Notes: a model not told the origin generated them from the sequence alone. Shown: positions 8,473 through 17,453, counted from the first letter of the stretch. The stretch: 43,563 nt of DNA from an uncultured Clostridia bacterium (GCA_946625545.1 CAMOTC010000002.1:1-43563), one strand, 5' to 3'. Numbers and translations are program-made.

Positions 8473-9023
8473 TCAAAAGCGGCATATTTTTTCCTGCGAT
8501 AACGAGAGCGTGCTCGCTGAACTCTTCTTACGTAAAATACCGTCTCGGAGATGGGAATATCGTCGATCTCATCGATACCCGAGTCGATCCACCCTTTGAC
8601 CGTGCCCTCTCCTGCATTATATGCCGCGACGATCTGCCAGGACTCATCAAAACGAGACATGAGATAGGACAAGTACCAAGATCCAAATCGGATATTAAGT
8701 TCAGCATCGAATAGGTCGCTGTTTTTATATTCCGTGATCCCCATTTGCGATGCGATCCATTCCCCCGTTTTGGGCATGATCTGCATGATGCCGAGTGCGC
8801 CCTTTGGTGACTCAGCTTGGGTATTAAAGTGGCTTTCCGTCTCACAGATCGCGAATATTAGTGCAGCTTCGATGCCATAAAGATCTGCATTCATCCGTAT
8901 GATCTCTGCGTACTTCCTTGGCGCGAAATCGCACGAATTAGTTAAAAATAGGGTAAATATAAGTGCAATTATTATGAAATTTGACTTAAAATAGAGCAGT
9001 ATAAGTCTTTTACCTTCTCGCAT
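8469..9023 (-). CDS. lytic transglycosylase (SLT domain), membrane anchored
   Basis: Contains the catalytic ETES motif, GALGIMQIMP and AAYNAGEG, plus an N-terminal hydrophobic anchor. The only in-frame start that keeps the anchor (ATG 9023) overlaps coaE by 52 nt. Confidence 0.8.
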   Translation of the reverse strand: MREGKRLILLYFKSNFIIIALIFTLFLTNSCDFAPRKYAEIIRMNADLYGIEAALIFAICETESHFNTQAESPKGALGIMQIMPKTGEWIASQMGITEYKNSDLFDAELNIRFGSWYLSYLMSRFDESWQIVAAYNAGEGTVKGWIDSGIDEIDDIPISETVFYVRRVQRARSRYRRKKYAAFD

Positions 9024-9541
9024 AGGGCATCAAGATCGCCACTATTATCGATGAGGTCAGATGCTATTTCACGCATCCGCTCCTCGCCCTGCTGGAGTTC
9101 GATCACCCTTCTCGCACGCTCTTCTGTAACACTATCACGCAGGACGATACGACGTACTCGAGACTCGACATCAGCCACGACGAACCAAATACGATCGAAA
9201 GAACGAGCACCTTCAGACAGCAGCGGGATCTCATAAAAGACAAGAGCTTCGCCCGGATACTTACTCAACATCCGATCATAGATCTTAGGATGAGCGAGAT
9301 CCATCAACAAGCGACGCTTCGCTTCGTCTCTATAGATAATATCGGCAAGCTCCTTTTTATTGATGACCTTATTATGGACAACGGTAGGAAAAGTATTCTC
9401 GATCAGAGAGACATACTCGGGATCGGAGAGAAGCTCCGCATTCACTTCGTCGGCGACTACTACTTTGGCGCCGAGAGAGCGCAGGATCGCAGAAACCTTG
9501 CTTTTACCGCTCCCGATTCCCCCACCGATCGCGATACGCAT
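8972..9541 (-). CDS. coaE: dephospho-CoA kinase
   Basis: P-loop is IAIGGGIGSGKS and the size is typical of CoaE. The track ORF begins at GTG 9544. The ATG at 9541 overlaps the polA stop (TGATG) and has a GGAGG about 8 nt upstream. Confidence 0.85.
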   Translation of the reverse strand: MRIAIGGGIGSGKSKVSAILRSLGAKVVVADEVNAELLSDPEYVSLIENTFPTVVHNKVINKKELADIIYRDEAKRRLLMDLAHPKIYDRMLSKYPGEALVFYEIPLLSEGARSFDRIWFVVADVESRVRRIVLRDSVTEERARRVIELQQGEERMREIASDLIDNSGDLDALCEKVKDLYCSILSQIS

Positions 9542-12078
9542 CACTTTGCCTCCTTCCAGGTCGCGCCACAGGAGATATTGACAGATAGCGGCACAGAGAG
9601 AGACACGACGTTCTCCATTTCCTTCTTCAAGATCTCTTTTACGCGAGGCACCTCTCCAAGCGGCGCATCGACGATAAGCTCATCGTGTACCTGCAAAATG
9701 ACCTTTGCAGAGAGATTTTCCACGCGTAAAGCACGATAAACGCCGATCATAGCAAGTTTTATGATGTCGGCGGCAGTTCCTTGTAGCGGCATATTCAATG
9801 CGGCACGCTCACCGAAGCTCCTGACGTTATAATTCGAGCTATTGATCTCGGGGAGAGAGCGGATGCGCCCCATGCGCGTCGAAACGTAGCCATGTTCCTT
9901 CGCATAGTCAACAGAACTCTTCATATATTCACGGATCTTGGGATAGGTATCGAGATATTTTGCGATAAAATCTCTCGCTTCGGGGACACTGCATCCGACA
10001 TTACGCGATAATCCGAAGTCACTGATCCCATAGATAATGCCGAAATTTACCGCTTTTGCATCGCGACGCATCTTGGAGGTAACTTCCTTTTCCGACACAC
10101 CAAAGATTTTAGCGGCAGTAGATGCGTGGATATCCTCTCCATTGCGGAAGGACTCGATCAAGCCTTCATCTCCCGAAAAATCCGCAAGGAGACGCAATTC
10201 GATCTGCGAATAGTCCGCCGAAATAAGGAGATTTCCGTCTCCCGGGATAAATGCGGCGCGTATCTCGCGCCCTTCCGCCTCTCTCACAGGGATATTCTGC
10301 AAGTTTGGCTCGGAGGAAGAGAGACGTCCCGTCGTCGTCAGCGCTTGATGAAATACGGTATGAATACGCCCCTTTGCGTCGATCATGGATTTCATCGCGA
10401 TCAAATAGGTGGAGAGCAGTTTCGAGAGCTGACGGAAACGCAATATCTCGGACACGATGGGATGGAGATCCTCGATCTCGGATAAGACGTCGGCATTGGT
10501 GCTCTTTTTCTTGCCTGCGGGCAGTTTCAGATCATCAAAGAGGACCTCGGAGAGCTGCTTGGGCGAATTGATATTGAATTCCCGACCCGCGAGCGCATAG
10601 ATCTTATCGCGAACCGTCGCAAGTTCGGCTGAATACTTCTCCGAAAGAGCGTCCAGCGTGCTCCTATCCACACGAAAACCCGTTTTTTCCATATCGTAAA
10701 GGACGGGAACGAGGGGTAATTCGATATCTTGATAGACCTTGAGAGAATTTGCCTGTATCATCTTTTTCGTCAAGATCCTCTTTAAGGTCAATAGCCCTGC
10801 CGCGACTTTTGTCTCATCGAGCTCGTAACGACGCAAGAGATCCTCGGGAGTATCGTAATAAGTCCCGCAATCCGCGATATACGCCATCAACATCACGTCA
10901 TCCGCGGGAAAGATCTCCTCTACGGAGAGATCGAATGTACGATAATTCTTTTTGAGATCGAATACGGTAAGATCTACGCCTTTCTTGCCGAGATAACCCT
11001 TGATCTCCTCAAGGATTTCGTCATAGGATGGGTATTCGCCGAAAAGATCGTAAGAACAGCGCATCACGCTGTTTTGATCTTCACTATACGCGAGGTCAAA
11101 ATGATCGTCCGCGACGTAGAATGCGAGCGCACCTGCGCCATTAGCCTCCGCGAGGAGGGCGCGAAGATCGTTTAGGTCTTTCAGTTCGCGTTCGGAGACG
11201 TTGTGATCCGTGATATCCTCCGCTTCAGGCTCGGAGAAGGTGAAACGATCGATCAATTTGCGAAATTCGTACCCTTCCATCAGCTTCTTTGCGCGATATG
11301 GGATCATCTCGGAGAAGCGATATCGAGAGAAATCTCCGCTATCCAAGGGTGCATCGGTCACGATCGTCGCGAGCCAATGGGAAAACTCCGCGCTTTCACG
11401 TCCGTTCAGGAGCTTTTCCTGCATTTTCCCTTTGATCTCATCGATATGTGCGTAGAGATTGTCGAGCGTACCGTAGCGCCGGACGAGATCGAGAGCGGTC
11501 TTTTCCCCTACGCCGGGCACACCGGGGATATTATCGGAATGATCTCCCATCAAGGACTTCAATTCGATGATCCCACGCGGGGATAGCCCTTCCTCTTTTA
11601 AGACTTCGGGAGTATAGCGGATCACGTCGGTAATACCCTTTTTGGTATGTAAAACCGTAGTTTTGTCTGAAACGAGCTGTAGGACGTCTTTATCGCCGCT
11701 CACGACGACGGTAGGCATCTCGCTACGCGTGGCAAGGGTGCCGATGATGTCGTCAGCCTCAAATCCGGGAAGTTCCACGACGGCGATCCCCATCGCGCTC
11801 AAGAGTTCCTTCATCGCAGGGACCTGCGCCTTGAGCTCTTCGGGCATAGGATGACGCTTCGCCTTATAACCGTCGTATTTCAAGTGACGGAAGGTCGGCT
11901 GATGCACGTCAAAAGCGGCGACGATATGCGTCGGCTTTTCACTCTTGATCAACTTCGACAGCATCGACACGAAGCCAAAGAGTGCGCCCGTATAGCGCCC
12001 ACTCCGATCCTGAAGGGTCGGAAGCGCGTAAAATGCGCGATTTATCAAACTGTTACTGTCCAATAAGAGCAATTTCAT
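9541..12078 (-). CDS. polA: DNA polymerase I
   Basis: 845 aa. It has a 5'-nuclease domain (LLLDSNSLINRAFYA, GVPGVGEKTA) and pol motifs A/B/C (LISADYSQIELR, RRDAKAVNFGIIYG, QVHDEL). The central 3'-5' exo-like region lacks the DxE and NxxYD motifs (YVADDH, DLKKNY), as in Bacillus-type Pol I. Confidence 0.95.
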   Translation of the reverse strand: MKLLLLDSNSLINRAFYALPTLQDRSGRYTGALFGFVSMLSKLIKSEKPTHIVAAFDVHQPTFRHLKYDGYKAKRHPMPEELKAQVPAMKELLSAMGIAVVELPGFEADDIIGTLATRSEMPTVVVSGDKDVLQLVSDKTTVLHTKKGITDVIRYTPEVLKEEGLSPRGIIELKSLMGDHSDNIPGVPGVGEKTALDLVRRYGTLDNLYAHIDEIKGKMQEKLLNGRESAEFSHWLATIVTDAPLDSGDFSRYRFSEMIPYRAKKLMEGYEFRKLIDRFTFSEPEAEDITDHNVSERELKDLNDLRALLAEANGAGALAFYVADDHFDLAYSEDQNSVMRCSYDLFGEYPSYDEILEEIKGYLGKKGVDLTVFDLKKNYRTFDLSVEEIFPADDVMLMAYIADCGTYYDTPEDLLRRYELDETKVAAGLLTLKRILTKKMIQANSLKVYQDIELPLVPVLYDMEKTGFRVDRSTLDALSEKYSAELATVRDKIYALAGREFNINSPKQLSEVLFDDLKLPAGKKKSTNADVLSEIEDLHPIVSEILRFRQLSKLLSTYLIAMKSMIDAKGRIHTVFHQALTTTGRLSSSEPNLQNIPVREAEGREIRAAFIPGDGNLLISADYSQIELRLLADFSGDEGLIESFRNGEDIHASTAAKIFGVSEKEVTSKMRRDAKAVNFGIIYGISDFGLSRNVGCSVPEARDFIAKYLDTYPKIREYMKSSVDYAKEHGYVSTRMGRIRSLPEINSSNYNVRSFGERAALNMPLQGTAADIIKLAMIGVYRALRVENLSAKVILQVHDELIVDAPLGEVPRVKEILKKEMENVVSLSVPLSVNISCGATWKEAK

Positions 12079-12084
12079 ATATTC

Positions 12085-12113
12085 ATTATATCCTATTTGG
12101 CATTTTCAAACAA
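12085..12113 (-). promoter_or_regulatory. promoter abutting the polA start codon (leaderless layout)
   Basis: Minus strand reads TTGTTT (12108..12113), 17 nt, TATAAT (12085..12090), gaatat, ATG (12078). There is no SD. Confidence 0.55.
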
Positions 12114-12148
12114 TAACTTTCTGTATTTATCTTTTTCATTCATATTAT

Positions 12149-12177
12149 TTGACAGATAATAATAATTTTTTTATAAT
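12149..12177 (+). promoter_or_regulatory. consensus SigA promoter abutting the Na/Pi transporter start codon
   Basis: Reads TTGACA (12149..12154), 17 nt, TATAAT (12172..12177), ttgattat, ATG (12186). There is no SD. Confidence 0.6.
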
Positions 12178-12185
12178 TTGATTAT

Positions 12186-13880
12186 ATGGAATGGGATATA
12201 GCAAAAAATATTTTACTATTACTCGCCGGACTCGGTGCCATGATGTTCGGCATGCAGGTACTCAGCGAAAACCTGACCAAAGCGTCGGGTAAAAAACTTC
12301 GCGTTGCACTCTCGAAACTAACATCCAATCGATTCAAAGGAATATTGATCGGCGGGACGGTCAGCGCCGTCATTCACAGCTCCGCAGCGACGACGGTTAT
12401 GGTCGTCGGTCTCGTCAATTCGGGCATTTTGACCCTTTTCCAAGCGGCATCCATCATCATGGGCGCAAATATCGGCACGACGGTGACGGGGCTTATGCTC
12501 TCGCTGCAGTCCCTCCCGATCACAGAGCTCTTTGCGGCGCTCGCTTTCATCGGGATCGCCCTGCTCCTTGTATCCAAGAAGCCCCTCGTTAAAGTCATCG
12601 CTTATATCTTGATAGGTTTCGGTCTACTCTTTGTCGGCATGAACGTGATGAACGTCTCCATGCGCAAGATCATCGACACCGCGCCGCAGATCAAAAATCT
12701 CTTCTGGCAGGTCAAGAATCCTTTCCTCCTGCTCCTCCTCGGTGCCGTGCTTACCGCGATCATGCAGAGCTCGACCACGATGACGGCGATCTTGATCGTC
12801 CTATCCACGAGCGGACTCATCGGGCTCGAGAGCTCGATCTACGTCGTTCTCGGCATGAACCTCGGTACTTGCGCGACCTCCCTGATCGCCTCGATCGGTG
12901 CAAATACAAACAGCGTCCGCGCGGCGCTATATCACTTGATGTTCAACCTGATCGGTACGATTATCTTCTTCTCTCTCCTATTTATTACCCCGCTTCGCTC
13001 TTGGCTCATCAATAGCGTGCTTTTCGGAGAGGACGTATCTAAGATAGCGTACAGCATCGCCATTTTCCACGCGATATTCAATCTCGTTACCACGGCGATA
13101 CTGCTCCCCTTCTTGACCCCCTTCGTAAGATTCGTCACCAAGCTCGTACCCGAAAAAAAGTCCAAGAACGAGGACGACCAACTTCGCCTCCACTATATCG
13201 ACGAGAGGTTTCTCGCGACCTCCTCCATCGCCGTTGGCGAATGCAAACGTGAGATCGCCTATATGGCAGAGCGCGCATTCAAAAATTTCGCCCTTTCGAT
13301 CGATAGCATCATCAACGTGGACCTTTCCTCGAAAGCCGACTTTGAAAAGAGAGAAGCCAAAATCGACTTTTTGAATAAAGAGATCGCAAAATATCTCGTC
13401 AAACTCTCCACGACCAACATCTCGGATGAAGACGAACAAGTCATCGCGACCTATTATCACGTTATCACCGACCTCGAGCGTATCGGCGACTATGCCGAGA
13501 ATATCATGGAGTACACGCAACGTCTCAAGGATGACGACAGCAAGTTCTCCCCTTCCGCAGTAGAAGAATTAAGGGAAATGTTCGACTGCATCTCCAAACT
13601 CTACCTCTCCGCGATACAGGCATTTAACGGTCAAGACCTCAATGCCCTGATGCAGGCTGAGATCTACGAGGAGAACGTTGACGCTATGAAAGATCAGCTC
13701 TCCGCCGCTCATATCGAGCGTCTGGAGAAGAATGAGTGCTCCGTCGAAAACGGCGCTGTATTCCTCTCTCTCTTGAACGACCTCGAACGTATCGCCGACC
13801 ACCTATTCAACGTGGCGAAGTCCATCAAAGAATATACCCAAGGGATCGTCGTACAAACCAACGGTATCACGATCAAATAA
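12186..13880 (+). CDS. Na+/phosphate cotransporter family protein (NptA/YjbB-like) with C-terminal PhoU-like domain
   Basis: 564 aa. The polytopic N-terminal half carries the duplicated Na/Pi motif (HSSAATTVMVVGLV / QSSTTMTAILIVL). The C-terminal helical half carries the PhoU-type motifs DLERIGDYAENI and DLERIADHLFNV. Confidence 0.85.
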   Translation: MEWDIAKNILLLLAGLGAMMFGMQVLSENLTKASGKKLRVALSKLTSNRFKGILIGGTVSAVIHSSAATTVMVVGLVNSGILTLFQAASIIMGANIGTTVTGLMLSLQSLPITELFAALAFIGIALLLVSKKPLVKVIAYILIGFGLLFVGMNVMNVSMRKIIDTAPQIKNLFWQVKNPFLLLLLGAVLTAIMQSSTTMTAILIVLSTSGLIGLESSIYVVLGMNLGTCATSLIASIGANTNSVRAALYHLMFNLIGTIIFFSLLFITPLRSWLINSVLFGEDVSKIAYSIAIFHAIFNLVTTAILLPFLTPFVRFVTKLVPEKKSKNEDDQLRLHYIDERFLATSSIAVGECKREIAYMAERAFKNFALSIDSIINVDLSSKADFEKREAKIDFLNKEIAKYLVKLSTTNISDEDEQVIATYYHVITDLERIGDYAENIMEYTQRLKDDDSKFSPSAVEELREMFDCISKLYLSAIQAFNGQDLNALMQAEIYEENVDAMKDQLSAAHIERLEKNECSVENGAVFLSLLNDLERIADHLFNVAKSIKEYTQGIVVQTNGITIK

Positions 13881-13951
13881 TAATTGCAATATACGATATC
13901 ACATCTTTTGCTCGAGCGCACTCCCATGCGTTCGATTTTTTTAATATAAAA

Positions 13952-14041
13952 AAAGAGCCTCCCATATGAATGAAGTGCACCCCAAAAGTTTTTCATTTCT
14001 GTCCAACTTTTTGGGTTCACCCCAATATGGGGAGGCTCTTT
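13952..14041. terminator. ~90-nt extended imperfect palindrome between convergent genes (probable bidirectional terminator)
   Basis: The outer arms are AAAGAGCCTCCCATAT and ATATGGGGAGGCTCTTT. The inner arms are GTGCACCCCAAAAGTT and AACTTTTTGGGTTCAC, and the loop is about 14 nt. On the minus strand (efp direction) the hairpin is followed by TTTTTTTATATT; on the plus strand it is followed by TTTATAAT. Confidence 0.55.
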
Positions 14042-14053
14042 ATAATGATAGGA

Positions 14054-14620
14054 TTACACGCGGGACATATAGGTGCCGGTACGAGTATCCACGCGGATCA
14101 CGTCGCCCTCGTTGACAAACATCGGGACCTGGATCTTGTATCCGGTCTCAAGGGTTGCCGGCTTGGTACCGGCCTGCGCGGTATCGCCTCTCACGCCCGG
14201 CTCGCAGATCGTGATCAGGAGCTCGACAAAGTTAGGCGGCTCGACGGAGAATGCCTTATCCTTGTAGAAGGAAACGGTGACCTGAGAGTTTTCCTTGATG
14301 AAGTTCAAGGCGTCCTCGACCTGCTCGAAGTTCAAGGGGAGCTGCTCATAGGTCTCCACGTCCATGAAATAATAGAGCTCGCCGTCGGTATAGAGATACT
14401 CCATCGTCTTGCGCTCGATGTGCGCCGCGTCGAATTTATCCGTGGGGTTGAAGGTGCGCTCGATCACGCCGCCCGAGATGACGTCGCGGATCTTCGTACG
14501 AACGAAAGCAGAACCCTTGCCAGGCTTAACGTGCATAAAGTCTACGATCGTATAAACCTTCCCTTCCATCTCAAAGGTGACGCCTTTTCTGAAATCACCC
14601 GCCATAACTGTAGAACCCAT
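14054..14620 (-). CDS. efp: elongation factor P
   Basis: 188 aa with [44 protein letters not shown] lies 5 nt upstream of the ATG. Confidence 0.95.
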   Translation of the reverse strand: MGSTVMAGDFRKGVTFEMEGKVYTIVDFMHVKPGKGSAFVRTKIRDVISGGVIERTFNPTDKFDAAHIERKTMEYLYTDGELYYFMDVETYEQLPLNFEQVEDALNFIKENSQVTVSFYKDKAFSVEPPNFVELLITICEPGVRGDTAQAGTKPATLETGYKIQVPMFVNEGDVIRVDTRTGTYMSRV

Positions 14621-14629
14621 AGTATCCTC

Positions 14630-15673
14630 CTAAACTGTATAATTTTCTTTATCCGAACGGTCAATGACCGTAAGTTTACCATTTTCGAGCACGCATAAAC
14701 TCTCGATACGCACACCGAACTCCCCTTCGAGATAGACGCCCGGCTCTATCGTAAAGACCATACCATCGGACAGCACGTCACGCGACAGCTTTGAAAGCGC
14801 AGGCGCTTCGTGGATCTCGATACCGACGCCGTGTCCCAATGTATGAGTAAAAAAGCCTCGAAATGCGCTCTCGTCTATGACCTCCCGCGCGATCCGATCC
14901 GCCTCTCGTGCGCTCCTGCCGCCCTCATCGATATAGCGGATAGCGGCGAGCTGCGCCTGTAAGACGACGTCGTATGCTTCACGGAACTTTGCAGTAGGCT
15001 CTCCGAGAAATAGCGTTCTCGTAAAGTCCGACATATAGCCATCAACCTTCGCGCCGAAATCCATCAGGATGCAGTCGCCCTTTTTCAAAGCACGATCGGC
15101 GGAGACTGCGTGCGGCATAGCCGCATTCTCGCCAAAGGCGACGATTGTATCAAAGGAAGTATCCGTAGCGCCGTGGCGCACCATCGAACGGCGAAGCTCT
15201 TCCTTGATCTCGAGCTCGGTCACTCCTTCCTTCAAAAGAGGACGAACCTCAGAAAAAGCTGTATCCACAATACTCTCGGCGCGTTTTATGATCGCGATCT
15301 CATCGGGAGACTTGATCTCGCGCATTAAGGCGATCAAGGGCGATACGTCCACCGTCTCCTTCTCCTCACAAAAGATCCTGTGATAGAGAGCCAAGGTCAT
15401 ATCGCCGTACTCTACACCGACCTTATGAGCATCGGATAGGAGAGATGTGATGAAGTCGTACTTCTCCTTAAGCGTCACGATCTTTACCGTGAGCTCGGGT
15501 CTGACTGCCGTCTTGACGGCGATCTCGTAGAGAGCATTCGTCAAGTAGTACGCTTTATCTTTCGTGATGACGATCGTTGCGTCCGCCTGATCGAATCCGC
15601 TCAAGTAGTAGAGCGCCGCAGGAGACGTAATGATCGCTACGTCGGTGTCAAGGAGAAGCGAACGATAATTCAT
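14630..15673 (-). CDS. M24-family Xaa-Pro aminopeptidase/dipeptidase
   Basis: 347 aa with pita-bread metal ligand motifs (DFGAKVDGYMSDFTRT, HGVGIEIHEAP, FTIEPGVY, IESL). The arrangement of a peptidase upstream of efp matches Bacillus yqhT-efp. Confidence 0.85.
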   Translation of the reverse strand: MNYRSLLLDTDVAIITSPAALYYLSGFDQADATIVITKDKAYYLTNALYEIAVKTAVRPELTVKIVTLKEKYDFITSLLSDAHKVGVEYGDMTLALYHRIFCEEKETVDVSPLIALMREIKSPDEIAIIKRAESIVDTAFSEVRPLLKEGVTELEIKEELRRSMVRHGATDTSFDTIVAFGENAAMPHAVSADRALKKGDCILMDFGAKVDGYMSDFTRTLFLGEPTAKFREAYDVVLQAQLAAIRYIDEGGRSAREADRIAREVIDESAFRGFFTHTLGHGVGIEIHEAPALSKLSRDVLSDGMVFTIEPGVYLEGEFGVRIESLCVLENGKLTVIDRSDKENYTV

Positions 15674-15679
15674 GAAATA

Positions 15680-15709
15680 ATTATATACGAAAAACTCTAT
15701 TATTGTAAA
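15680..15709 (-). promoter_or_regulatory. promoter abutting the M24 peptidase start codon (leaderless layout)
   Basis: Minus strand reads TTTACA (15704..15709), 18 nt, TATAAT (15680..15685), tatttc, ATG (15673). There is no SD. Confidence 0.55.
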
Positions 15710-15712
15710 GAT

Positions 15713-16570
15713 TTATTTATCATTACTATGCTTAAAATAGAGATTTTTCATGGTTTTTGCGTCGATAGACTGCGTTCCTGCCGATTCCGAAAGGATCCAA
15801 GGCTCCAAACGGTATTCCGCCAAGATCTCCGCAAGAGGCTCAAACTCGGGCCCGTAGGTCTCATCGGCAAAGGTCAGATGGCGGATCTCTCCGCCCTTTC
15901 CATACTCGATCTTGGAGAAATGCACGTGCATGATCTTCGTTTTCTTCTCACCGACGCGGTCGATCAAGGCGTCGATCACGCGTCTGAAATCATCCTTGGT
16001 CTTCAAACTCCCGTAAGTGCGAGCATTCAAGTGTCCGAAATCGATACAAGGCAGGATATTATCCGCAAGATTTACGATTTCGATGACTTCATCGAGGTCG
16101 CCGAGCTGATTGATCTTTCCCATCGTCTCGGCACAGACGTAGCAATCCTGATATCCCCGATCGTAAAACTCATTCATAAAGCGATCCACCGCCCCGAGGA
16201 GCCGTGTCATCGCCTCACGCCTGTCCGACTTCAAGGGCGAACCGGGATGAAATACGGCGCGCTGCCCTCCGAAATGCTTGACGGCATCAAGCGAAGCAAA
16301 GAGATGATCAAAGGAAGAACGCAGTTTCTCGGGATCCTCTCCCGCAAAGTTGATATAATACGGCGCATGTACCGAGATCCCTACCTCTTTTTCACGAAAT
16401 GCAAGTCCGATCTTCTCCGCCGTTTCGGGAGTGATCCTGACGCCACGTCCAAAGGAATACTCAAAGATATCGAGTCCGTTATCACGTACGAATCCCGGCA
16501 CCTCCGTCGTGTGACTGTATCCTGCCGCCGCAAAGGCTTCATCTGTCCCGGATGGTCCGAATTTAATCAT
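15713..16570 (-). CDS. endonuclease IV-like (AP endonuclease family 2 / xylose-isomerase-like TIM barrel) protein
   Basis: 285 aa. The metal-ligand pattern resembles Nfo: HAPYYINFA, FHPGS, ETMG, DFGH, HVHFS...GEIRH, ILES. It is a divergent member, and the assignment is by motif pattern only. Confidence 0.55.
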   Translation of the reverse strand: MIKFGPSGTDEAFAAAGYSHTTEVPGFVRDNGLDIFEYSFGRGVRITPETAEKIGLAFREKEVGISVHAPYYINFAGEDPEKLRSSFDHLFASLDAVKHFGGQRAVFHPGSPLKSDRREAMTRLLGAVDRFMNEFYDRGYQDCYVCAETMGKINQLGDLDEVIEIVNLADNILPCIDFGHLNARTYGSLKTKDDFRRVIDALIDRVGEKKTKIMHVHFSKIEYGKGGEIRHLTFADETYGPEFEPLAEILAEYRLEPWILSESAGTQSIDAKTMKNLYFKHSNDK

Positions 16571-17453
16571 ATTCTCTCCTCTCCTTTACGTCCGCGGCGA
16601 TGCGCTCTCTCAGCGCCTCAACAGCGGAAAAATTCTCTACCCCACGATGATAGGATAAAAACGTAATGGTGACATCTCTCCCGTAGAGCTCCCCTTCAAA
16701 GTCCAAGATATGGCTCTCGATATTTGAGCTCATATCTTGAAACGTCGGATGAGCACCGACGTTGGTCACGGCGCGATAACACTTTCCATCGACACCGACC
16801 TCGGTAAAATATACCCCTTCTTTAATTGGCACGGTATATAAAGCAGTATTTATCGTTGGGAAACCGAGCTTTGCCCCGTCCTTTCTCCCGGGAACGACCC
16901 TTCTTGTGATCGTAAAGTCCCGACCGAGATTCTCTCTGACCGCACCGAGATCGCCCTCCCGTAGCGCCGTTTTTACTCTTTCGGTGCTGATCTTTTCACC
17001 GTCCAGTACAGCAAGATCTATGACCTCAAAAGTCCCGCCGATCCCCGAGACAAGATCGGGGACGCGCCCTTTTCCTTTTGCTCCAAAGGTAAAATCCTTT
17101 CCGCAAGTAAAACCGTCAAGCTCGAGTTTCGATCGAATATCCGCAAGAAAAGCCTCGGGGGCGAGCGCGAGATAGTCGGCGTCGGCATTAACGTAATATA
17201 CCGTGTCAATGCCGAGCCTTTCGATCAACGCTATCCTTTCCTCAAAAGTGTAGATCGGATATTTCTCGATCCCAAGGATGGGATAAATGTTATTTTGAAA
17301 GAGGAAAACCGATGCGACGGAATGCTTCTCGCGAGCGAGTCGCAGAGCCGCCTCGATGACTTGTTGATGCCCGAGGTGGATGCTGTCGAAAAAGCCGAAT
17401 GCCATGATCCCCGCTTTTTCCCTTTTTACTTTTGTTAGATCACAGACTCTCAT
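16563..17453 (-). CDS. ribF: bifunctional riboflavin kinase / FAD synthetase
   Basis: Contains GFFDSIHLGHQ (the nucleotidyltransferase HxGH motif) and a C-terminal riboflavin kinase motif (GFPTIN...E.HILDF). ATGA overlap with the truB stop. Confidence 0.9.
   Translation of the reverse strand: MRVCDLTKVKREKAGIMAFGFFDSIHLGHQQVIEAALRLAREKHSVASVFLFQNNIYPILGIEKYPIYTFEERIALIERLGIDTVYYVNADADYLALAPEAFLADIRSKLELDGFTCGKDFTFGAKGKGRVPDLVSGIGGTFEVIDLAVLDGEKISTERVKTALREGDLGAVRENLGRDFTITRRVVPGRKDGAKLGFPTINTALYTVPIKEGVYFTEVGVDGKCYRAVTNVGAHPTFQDMSSNIESHILDFEGELYGRDVTITFLSYHRGVENFSAVEALRERIAADVKERREYD

Noticed and set aside
12978-13520. 180-aa minus-strand ORF inside the Na/Pi transporter gene
   Set aside because: It is antisense to the PhoU-like half of a well-supported plus-strand gene and has a biased composition. 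I treat it as an artefact.
13970-14698. 242-aa plus-strand ORF starting inside the intergenic palindrome and running opposite efp
   Set aside because: efp on the minus strand is unambiguous and has a strong SD. The plus-strand ORF starts within a hairpin and has no conserved features.
15728-16666. 312-aa plus-strand ORF opposite the endonuclease IV-like gene and the ribF 3' end
   Set aside because: It is antisense to a gene with a coherent metal-ligand motif pattern and crosses a gene boundary. It has no SD and no recognisable family motifs.
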